IMG/VR virus record: IMGVR_UViG_3300043409_001427
Span: 1 to 64,000 of that record
Reading direction: 5' to 3' (one strand)
Length of the DNA stretch: 64,000 nucleotides
Origin: a virus
The position numbers and the translations under genes are program-made. The notes beneath the pieces are model-generated. The model was not told the origin of the DNA. It saw only the letters and a program-made list of their open reading frames with translations, and searched no databases. Numbering within the stretch: the stretch's first letter is position 1; the number at the start of each line of letters is the position of its first letter. Below are positions 47,676-55,058 of the stretch, piece after piece.

Positions 47676-49450
47676 TGTTTAAACTGAAAAATTTAACCGT
47701 ACGAAACTTTATGAGTATTGGGGCGCAGACCCAAGCTGTTAATTTTGACAAGGAACTATTGACTCTAGTATTAGGATCTAACCTTGATCTAGGGGGCGAC
47801 GATACTGGTAGTAGGAACGGAACCGGCAAAACTACAATGATTAATGCTCTAAGCTATGCATTATACGGGCAAGCATTAACTAATATCAAGAGAGAGAACT
47901 TAATCAATAAGACTAACGGTAAAAATATGTTAGTTACGGTTGAATTTGAGAAAAGTGGTAACAAATATCGTATTGAACGCGGTCGTAAGCCCAATGTTTT
48001 AAAATTGTTTATCAACGATAATCAATTAAAGCTGGCCGAAGAAGAGGATGAGAGCCAAGGTGATAGTAGAGAGACTCAGAAGTCTATCGAAGAGATGTTA
48101 GAAATGTCACATACTATGTTTAAGCACTTAGTAGCACTAAACACCTACACAGAGCCGTTCTTAAGCATGAAAGCGGCTGATCAACGAGAAGTAATTGAAC
48201 AACTGCTTGGGATAACACTACTAAGTACCAAAGCAGAAGCATTAAAGTTACAAATAAAAGAAACTAAAGATCAAATTCAAGTAGAAGAATTTAAAATTGC
48301 AGGAATTAAGACCGCAAATGAGAATGTACAAAAAAGTATTGATAGTTTACAGCTAAAAAATTCTGCTTGGGATAACAAACAGCAACAAGAGCTAGAAAAT
48401 CTTGGTCGTGCAATCGTTAATCTTGAATCAGTAGATATTGAAGCTGAATTATTGGCACACGGATCGTTACAACTGTGGATTGAAACTGACAATAAAATAA
48501 GAGGTCTTACAAAACAAAAGGCTACACTAGATTCGGCTGTAGGACAAGCAGAAAAAAGTCTAGCAAAGTATACAAAAGATTTAGAAAGTCTAGCAAACAA
48601 GACATGTCACGCTTGTGAGCAAGAGCTTCATGATCACAAACATGAAGAAATGACTACTACTGCTACTCAGCATTTTAACGAAGCACACGAATACTTTCAA
48701 AAGATGTGTGCTCAACTTAAACAAGTTACAGAAGAAATAGCAACAATAACACAAACTAAGAAACCTGTTACATTTTATGAAACAGAAGCAGAAGCTCTTG
48801 GACATAAAAACAATTTAGATAGTTTAGAAAAGTCTCTTATAGGTAAGGCCGACGAAATTAATCCTTATGCTGAGCAAATTGAAGAATTAACAAAGACTGC
48901 TATACAAGAAATTACTTGGGATCAAGTGAACTCTCTTATCCGTTTGCGAGATCATCAAGAATTTTTACACAAGCTATTAACAAATAAAGATAGTTTCATC
49001 CGCAAGAAGATAATTGATCAAAATTTAACTTATCTAAACAAGCGGCTAACTTATTATATCGACAAGTTAGGGCTTCCACATCAGGTAGTATTCCAAAATG
49101 ACCTGTCGGTTGAGATTACTCAACTAGGACAAGACTTAGATTTTGATAATTTGTCACGCGGTGAACGCAATCGTTTAATATTGTCCATGAGTTTTGCCTT
49201 CCGTGATGTGTGGGAAGGCCTATATCAAAGTATCAACTTGTTGTTTATTGACGAACTAGTGGATGCAGGCATGGATGCTGCCGGAGTAGAAAGCGCATTG
49301 GCGGTCCTTAAGAAGATGGCAAGAGAAAGAAACAAGAACATTTATCTAATATCACACAAGGATGAACTAGTGGGTCGCGTGAATAGTGTTCTTCGCGTGA
49401 TCAAAGAAAACGGATTTACCAGTTACAGTAACGATATTGAATTTGTTTAA
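47675..49450 (+). CDS. gp46: recombination ATPase gp46 (Rad50/SbcC-like)
   Basis: NGTGKTT, zinc hook CHAC, LSRGE, LFIDE, ISH. Confidence 0.95.
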   Translation: MFKLKNLTVRNFMSIGAQTQAVNFDKELLTLVLGSNLDLGGDDTGSRNGTGKTTMINALSYALYGQALTNIKRENLINKTNGKNMLVTVEFEKSGNKYRIERGRKPNVLKLFINDNQLKLAEEEDESQGDSRETQKSIEEMLEMSHTMFKHLVALNTYTEPFLSMKAADQREVIEQLLGITLLSTKAEALKLQIKETKDQIQVEEFKIAGIKTANENVQKSIDSLQLKNSAWDNKQQQELENLGRAIVNLESVDIEAELLAHGSLQLWIETDNKIRGLTKQKATLDSAVGQAEKSLAKYTKDLESLANKTCHACEQELHDHKHEEMTTTATQHFNEAHEYFQKMCAQLKQVTEEIATITQTKKPVTFYETEAEALGHKNNLDSLEKSLIGKADEINPYAEQIEELTKTAIQEITWDQVNSLIRLRDHQEFLHKLLTNKDSFIRKKIIDQNLTYLNKRLTYYIDKLGLPHQVVFQNDLSVEITQLGQDLDFDNLSRGERNRLILSMSFAFRDVWEGLYQSINLLFIDELVDAGMDAAGVESALAVLKKMARERNKNIYLISHKDELVGRVNSVLRVIKENGFTSYSNDIEFV

Positions 49451-49452
49451 CG

Positions 49453-49734
49453 ATGTCAGAAAATAAATTTTTAGATCACTATAAAGAACTTTATTCAAAA
49501 TATGTAGATACCCGAGTAAAGTTGCATAACTACCATGTCGTGTTCGTAGAGAACATCGGCACCGAATCAATGATCGGCGTTCGGAAGATGCTGTCGAGTA
49601 TGCCTAGGTTAGAAAGAGAACTTAGATATGCTGCCAGAGATGCATTTAAAGAACAGAAACGGTTAAACAGAGAAGCAAACAAGCTAAGAAAAACTGCCAT
49701 ACGGCAGAAAAAATTACCAAAATTGGAAACATAA
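49453..49734 (+). CDS. basic helical protein, possible divergent Hc1-like paralog
   Basis: Lys/Arg-rich; spacing resembles the following gene. Confidence 0.55.
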   Translation: MSENKFLDHYKELYSKYVDTRVKLHNYHVVFVENIGTESMIGVRKMLSSMPRLERELRYAARDAFKEQKRLNREANKLRKTAIRQKKLPKLET

Positions 49735-49736
49735 AA

Positions 49737-49934
49737 ATGAATGATACTATTACACAACTACAAACAACTTTTGCAGAATTCCTAGCAGAAGATGCTAAGT
49801 TTACAGCGGGCAACAGTGCCGCGGGCACACGCTCGCGCAAGGCTCTAGCAGAGTTAAGCAAGTTAGTTAAAGCTCGCCGCAATGAAATTACTGCTGAGAA
49901 AAATGCTCGCAAGGAAGCCAAGGCAGCAAAATAA
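49737..49934 (+). CDS. histone H1-like (Hc1-type) DNA-binding protein
   Basis: KF..GNSAAGTRSRKAL.EL.KL.KARR.EI pattern. Confidence 0.75.
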   Translation: MNDTITQLQTTFAEFLAEDAKFTAGNSAAGTRSRKALAELSKLVKARRNEITAEKNARKEAKAAK

Positions 49935-49937
49935 TTA

Positions 49938-50372
49938 ATGACTTGGCACCACAAAGGGTCTATAGTTACAGAACTGCCTGAAGATTGTGTGGGATTTGTT
50001 TATCTTATCTCATGTAATACCTCCGGCCGGATGTATATTGGCAAAAAATTAGCAAAATTTAGTAAAACGACCTACAAGACTGTAAAGTTAAAGAACGGCA
50101 CCAAGAAGAAAAAGAAAATCAGAAGCAAAATAGACAGCGACTGGCAAGAATATTATGGCTCAAATATAGAACTTAACAAAGATGTTGAGTTACATGGCAA
50201 AGATAATTTCACACGAGAAATATTACATTACTGTAAAAGCAAAGCAGAAACATCGTACATTGAGGCCCGCGAACAATTCGACCGCAAAGTATTAGAATCA
50301 AAAGAATATTATAACGGACAGATCTCAGTCCGTGTACATGGCTCCCACATAATCAACAAAATTGGCTCATAA
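49938..50372 (+). CDS. stand-alone GIY-YIG nuclease
   Basis: GFVYLI...MYIGKK, YYGS, FTREIL, conserved E (YIEARE), YYN. Confidence 0.85.
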   Translation: MTWHHKGSIVTELPEDCVGFVYLISCNTSGRMYIGKKLAKFSKTTYKTVKLKNGTKKKKKIRSKIDSDWQEYYGSNIELNKDVELHGKDNFTREILHYCKSKAETSYIEAREQFDRKVLESKEYYNGQISVRVHGSHIINKIGS

Positions 50373-50745
50373 GCGGTACTAAGCTCGCACTAGCTAATAT
50401 CTTGTGCCCGGAAACCTGGATCTCGGATCGCAGGGAGGGAAATCTCTTGCCGCAAAGAGTACTTAATCAGCATCCTTTACAGGACCACGATCGCAAAATG
50501 CCTGCGGTTTGATTATTTGAATAGAGTGAATATAGGCCCAATGAGTGGATAAAACCACAGGTTTATGAATATGTTAGTGTATATTTGTAAGCTGCCGTCG
50601 TGTGTGAAAACACAAATAACTGAGCTCGAGGTACCGGATGACCGCCTCTGTAATGCTTTAACACTAGTGACTGTAAGAACTCAGATAATGTTCTTCTTTT
50701 TATTTTGCCCGTGCAAACGGGCAATTGTGACTGACGAATCTAGAT
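50373..50745 (+). ncRNA. putative large structured non-coding RNA (unassigned)
   Basis: More than 10 hairpins including GAAA/GCAA tetraloops, G-U-rich stems and a long-range helix 50374-50387/50621-50636; no credible ORF. Confidence 0.6.
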
Positions 50746-50826
50746 AATACTTAAATTACTTCGTAATATATCAATTAAAAAAATGCTTCGAGCGATTAGC
50801 GAAGAAGCAAACGAACGCAGTTCGGT

Positions 50827-50834
50827 TATAAATA
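50827..50834 (+). promoter_or_regulatory. T4-type late promoter
   Basis: TATAAATA 30 nt upstream of ATG 50864. Confidence 0.8.
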
Positions 50835-50863
50835 GTTCTAATAACTTCTGGAATAATTTACCC

Positions 50864-53200
50864 ATGAGCATCAAACATATTATTGATCGATTAGATGAGA
50901 TAGAACAAAATACCCCGACAATTAAGAAATATATTGTTGAGAGTGTATACAATGCTCCGGAAATGACTAAGCATTGGAGGAAACTCGATGAAGGGTTTGC
51001 CAAGGGCTATAGTCGATACTTAAATGAGGTTGCTCTAACTCCTGATCAGATACAAAATATCTTTAAACAGGCAGGTGGTACGGCAGGTGAAGCTCCAAAA
51101 GATCCGAGCAAGCTAGCAGGGCTTGTTGATAAAATTCTTCCAACAGGCCAAGCAGCCAATTTAGAAAAGACATTACCTGAACCGGATGCAGGTCCTGTCC
51201 AAGGATTTGAACAAAAAGCCGCAGCCGCAGTACAGAACATCCAAGGTGCAGACAGCGCAACTAAGCAAAGTTTGATGCAATGGATCAAACAAGGTGTTGC
51301 TAAACCAGAATCACAACAACTTATTCTAGCCGCGGTAGGCGCCGGATTAGGTACTATCCTAAGTAAAGTTGGCCCAATTATTAGTATGATACCCGGTGCA
51401 GGACCATTTGTAGCTGCCATAACTGGTGCTTTAATTGCAGGAGCGATATCAGTTGCTAGTGCTAAACTACAAGGTAAAGACTGGAAAACGGCATTTAAAG
51501 GTGCAATTAAACCAGCATTAATGGGCGGTGCTGCCGCAGTTGTTGGTAATTTAGCGGCTACTGCGATAGGTACAGGTTTAGGTGCAATGACCGGCGGTCA
51601 AGATCAAGCAGCCGCCCCACTACCTGGCGCAAGTTTAGGTGTTGGAAAAGAACTTCCAGATGGTGAAGTCATTAGTGCATTAGATTCAAGTAATCCAAAT
51701 TCAGGAGTCACAATTCAAAGACCAGATGGCTCAACATACACAGTTAGTCGAGACACTGCCCAAGCTATGACGGGTCAAACTGGTATCAGCAATCAGGCAA
51801 ATATGACAGGACCTGTTAGCATGGGCGCCGCAAGTGATCCTCAAGCAGGGGTAAGCGATAGTGGAGGATCTGGTGCAAAAACAAATACTGATAAATCCTT
51901 AATGAGATTAAAGGGATATGATCCAGATGCTCCTAATGAGGTAAAAGCATGGGACAAGATCACCGCAGGGAATAAAGACTTAAACACAATACCCAATATT
52001 GATTCCGGTTTTAGTGGGGCGCAAGCAGGCGGACCCAAACCAACTATTGGACAAAACTTTGATCCAGGCTCCGCACCAATTGGCGCAAACGGACAACCAA
52101 TGCGCCAAGTGCCTATGGATGCCCCTGCTGTTACACCTAGCACACCTAGTGATGGTTCGTATCAACAAGCCGCACCAATTGGTGCAAACGGACAACCAAT
52201 GCAACAAGTTCCTATGGATGCCCCTCCACCTAAAGGAGCCGGTATGGATCCTGAATATCTAGCGAAGATTGCTAGAGGGGAAGGCGGTCGTGCATTAATA
52301 AGTCAAGATGCCGCCAAAGCTGCCATTGCCTGGCAAGCGCAAAATGGCGGGCAGGTTATACCTCCTCCAGCACCATCAAGTAATGTAACATTACCGGGTG
52401 GACTTTCTCAATACTATAAAGATAATCCTGGCATTAGAGAAAATGCAATCGATCAACAGGCAACACTTCGTGGTTGGCTTAAAAAAGATCAACAAGGTAT
52501 TACTATAAACTCGGTTCAATTAACACCTATGTTTGTTGAAGGCATTATGGATTTCTTTAAAGGTAAAGGTAAAGAAGCCGCACCTGCTGCCGCAGGTAGT
52601 GGAGTTACTCCTGATGCGTTAAACAAAGCCTGGGCAGACGCAGGCAGTCCAACGGACAGCGATGAAGTTTCTAAAGTATTACAGAGCGCCGGAGTCCCAG
52701 CAGAAACAGTTACAAAGATTTTTACAGATTTAAAAATACCCGCTCCTGGAGCATCTCCGGAAGCACCAAAAGATCCGGCCGCAACACCAACAGCGGCAGA
52801 CGGCGAAACTCCCCCAGCACCAGCAGGAGAGAAACCGGCTGATGCTTCAGCCCCAGATGCTACAACACCGCCAGATGAGTTAGCCGATATTAAAAAGAAT
52901 GCCGGACTTCCTACAACTCCACCTCCTACAGATGCTACAGCACCTGCTTCGACAACCGGTAGTGTTGATCCGGCAACATCTGCGGCAGTAGAACCTCCTC
53001 CGACACCACAAGCAGAAAAACAATCTAAGGTAGGAGTTGGTCAAATTAATAAAGTTATTCCAACTTTGAGAGTTAGAGATTTAACCAGTGTTCAAAAGAC
53101 TGTTGATAATACACTGGCAAAAAGACAATCGACAAAGCAACCAACAGCAGAAGGTAAATATGTTGGAGTTTACAGCAACTTTTTAGGAAGAGACATATAA
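50864..53200 (+). CDS. low-complexity late protein with hydrophobic helices (putative internal head/ejection protein)
   Basis: Start moved downstream of the late promoter; L/I-x-E motifs, Gly/Ala TM-like segments, APIGANGQPMxQVPMDAP x2. Confidence 0.65.
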   Translation: MSIKHIIDRLDEIEQNTPTIKKYIVESVYNAPEMTKHWRKLDEGFAKGYSRYLNEVALTPDQIQNIFKQAGGTAGEAPKDPSKLAGLVDKILPTGQAANLEKTLPEPDAGPVQGFEQKAAAAVQNIQGADSATKQSLMQWIKQGVAKPESQQLILAAVGAGLGTILSKVGPIISMIPGAGPFVAAITGALIAGAISVASAKLQGKDWKTAFKGAIKPALMGGAAAVVGNLAATAIGTGLGAMTGGQDQAAAPLPGASLGVGKELPDGEVISALDSSNPNSGVTIQRPDGSTYTVSRDTAQAMTGQTGISNQANMTGPVSMGAASDPQAGVSDSGGSGAKTNTDKSLMRLKGYDPDAPNEVKAWDKITAGNKDLNTIPNIDSGFSGAQAGGPKPTIGQNFDPGSAPIGANGQPMRQVPMDAPAVTPSTPSDGSYQQAAPIGANGQPMQQVPMDAPPPKGAGMDPEYLAKIARGEGGRALISQDAAKAAIAWQAQNGGQVIPPPAPSSNVTLPGGLSQYYKDNPGIRENAIDQQATLRGWLKKDQQGITINSVQLTPMFVEGIMDFFKGKGKEAAPAAAGSGVTPDALNKAWADAGSPTDSDEVSKVLQSAGVPAETVTKIFTDLKIPAPGASPEAPKDPAATPTAADGETPPAPAGEKPADASAPDATTPPDELADIKKNAGLPTTPPPTDATAPASTTGSVDPATSAAVEPPPTPQAEKQSKVGVGQINKVIPTLRVRDLTSVQKTVDNTLAKRQSTKQPTAEGKYVGVYSNFLGRDI

Positions 53201-53201
53201 T

Positions 53202-53909
53202 ATGCGTATCAATGAATTATTAGCAGAACAAGAACAACTAGATGAACTAAGCCTTAAGGGGTTAGGTCAGGGCATAGGCAAAGCAGTAGGTGCAGCCGCT
53301 GGGGGAATAGTTCAAGGCGCAAAAAATGTTTGGTCAGGTGCAAAACAAGGTTACGCCGCAGGGCAGGCAGCATTAGCGCCAGGGGCTGATCCAGCCGCTG
53401 ATCCAGCCGCCGCAGGCAGTACTGCACCAGCAACGGGCAGCGGCGGCGCTGTAGCAACACCTCCAGCAGGACAAGCACCGGCAGCAACACCTCCAGCAGG
53501 ACAAGCACCGGCAGCAACACCTCCAGCAGGACAAGCACCGGCAGCAACACCTCCAGCAGGACAAGCACCGGCAGCAACACCTCCAGCAGGTGGAGAAGCT
53601 CCTGCAAGTCCAGCAGTAGATCAAGCAAGTAAAGTTGGTGTAGGACAAATTAATAAACTTATTCCAACACTACGAACCCGAGATTTAAACAGCGTAAAGA
53701 AAACTGTTGACGCTACTCTTGTTAAGAAACAAAAGCAACCGGCAGCACCAGCGGCAGCGCCAGCTAAACCAGGAGCGGTGGCACCAGCGGCGCCAACTCA
53801 AGCAGAGCTTGATGCTGATCGAGAAAGATTAATGGGACCAGATAACGGTGGCGCGAACGAAAGCAAGATCGTTAGATTTGAAAGTCGTTTCTTAGGAATG
53901 ATGATTTAA
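53202..53909 (+). CDS. Ala/Pro-rich late protein (putative internal head protein)
   Basis: MRINELLAE...LDE N-terminus; shares a 36-aa motif with the upstream gene. Confidence 0.7.
   Translation: MRINELLAEQEQLDELSLKGLGQGIGKAVGAAAGGIVQGAKNVWSGAKQGYAAGQAALAPGADPAADPAAAGSTAPATGSGGAVATPPAGQAPAATPPAGQAPAATPPAGQAPAATPPAGQAPAATPPAGGEAPASPAVDQASKVGVGQINKLIPTLRTRDLNSVKKTVDATLVKKQKQPAAPAAAPAKPGAVAPAAPTQAELDADRERLMGPDNGGANESKIVRFESRFLGMMI
53453..53590 (+). repeat. 30-bp perfect tandem repeat, about 4.6 copies (ATPPAGQAPA)
   Basis: AGCAACACCTCCAGCAGGACAAGCACCGGC x4 plus a partial copy. Confidence 0.95.
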
Positions 53910-54130
53910 AAGAAAGGCTGTCCGCTTTCTTTTGTTATCTCTAAATTCTTTTCTACAATCTTACCTATGATAACCCTGTCTTCATAGGAAAGCATATAAG
54001 CTTCTGCAGGACCCATTCCTCGCATATACCAGCATAGTCTAAAAAGTTCTTCTTTTAAGGCTTTTGACTCTCTATCGTAATCATCAACTAGCTGATTAAT
54101 CCCATCGATATCGAGGGCCAAAAGCCTCAT
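53906..54130 (-). CDS. gp51-like/tail assembly chaperone C-terminal part (probably reached by -1 frameshift)
   Basis: LCWYMRG...AYMLSYEDR pattern; in the -1 frame of the upstream gene, no SD. Confidence 0.7.
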   Translation of the reverse strand: MRLLALDIDGINQLVDDYDRESKALKEELFRLCWYMRGMGPAEAYMLSYEDRVIIGKIVEKNLEITKESGQPFF

Positions 54131-54978
54131 ACGAAAAAAGTTGATGGGTCAAAAGTTATAGGAACATCGACAGTATCACCAGTAACACCCTTTGCTCGCA
54201 TTTCTTCAGTAACCGCAACCTGCATCGGTTTGATATTGTTTTGTTCTCGAAGTTTAGTTAGATGAGATTCAATTTTAGAATACATGTCCTTGTCAATATT
54301 ATTAATAAATTCGTAAATGTGTTCGGGGTCGCTAGTAACACCACCGGGACTTTCTATCCTATCAATACTATTAATAATAGTACTCAATGTAGCATCTGTA
54401 AGTTTTGCAAAACTTTCCTGAAACAATTTAATTTTTTGTTCTTCGGACATTTTTTCATCGTTAACTACATTCATTATTTTTTGTGTTTCAAATGCTTCAA
54501 TAGCCGCACGACTGATATGTTTGTAAGTTAGTGGACGAACAAATACAGTTAGTTCGTCATTAATAGGTACTACTGGATCCCAACTGATCCGATTAATTAA
54601 TCCGTCCATCACAGTACGCAGATCTAATCGATATTCTAATTCTAATTCATCGTTAAATTTAACTGGAACAGTCATCATTTCACCGTAAGTTGCCAGTCTA
54701 ATTGCTATTAATATTAGATCTAAATCCAAATTAGTGCAGTCCCAAGCATTTTTAACATTTGGAACACAGTGTTGTATTACATCTACAATGGCTTGCCCGT
54801 TCATGAGCGCATCAGGAATTTTTAATGCTAGTTCGTCTTTAGCAGTCATAGAATAAACAGGGAATTCACCATTTTCTGTCATAACCAAACTACCTTCGGG
54901 CCAAAATTGGCCGTTGCTTGGCAACCTAATGTAGATTTTAGGCTGACGCATGTACACTGATAAAGGATTGACGCTCAT
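54127..54978 (-). CDS. gp26: baseplate hub assembly protein gp26-like / tail assembly chaperone
   Basis: YIRLPSNG, VYSMTAKDE, DLILIAIRLATYGE, ends T-FF after a slippery heptamer. Confidence 0.85.
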   Translation of the reverse strand: MSVNPLSVYMRQPKIYIRLPSNGQFWPEGSLVMTENGEFPVYSMTAKDELALKIPDALMNGQAIVDVIQHCVPNVKNAWDCTNLDLDLILIAIRLATYGEMMTVPVKFNDELELEYRLDLRTVMDGLINRISWDPVVPINDELTVFVRPLTYKHISRAAIEAFETQKIMNVVNDEKMSEEQKIKLFQESFAKLTDATLSTIINSIDRIESPGGVTSDPEHIYEFINNIDKDMYSKIESHLTKLREQNNIKPMQVAVTEEMRAKGVTGDTVDVPITFDPSTFFV

Positions 54979-54995
54979 ATGGGTATTATCTCCGA

Positions 54996-55032
54996 ATAAA
55001 TAAGTTTAAAGAATTATCTTTAAAGTATTTAT
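54996..55032. promoter_or_regulatory. palindromic pair of opposed late promoters
   Basis: TAAATA on + (54997-55002) and on - (55026-55031) flanking TTTAAAGA-ATTA-TCTTTAAA. Confidence 0.65.
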
Positions 55033-55058
55033 GTACGCAGAAAACTCTAGGAAAAACA

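Noticed and set aside
50373-50745. RNase P RNA, tmRNA, tRNA or group I/II intron
   Set aside because: Only weak resemblance (GAGGGAAATCTC, CTAGATAAT); lacks the RNase P P4 partner, tRNA-like ends and intron core motifs, and interrupts no gene
50565-50747. 60-aa ORF inside the structured region
   Set aside because: No SD, atypical composition, overlaps hairpins
50783-50863. N-terminal 27 codons of the 805-aa ORF
   Set aside because: Contain the TATAAATA promoter and hairpins; ATG 50864 is more plausible
53453-53590. Possible CRISPR or TIGR-like array
   Set aside because: Head-to-tail repeats with no spacers, in frame within a CDS; no cas genes nearby
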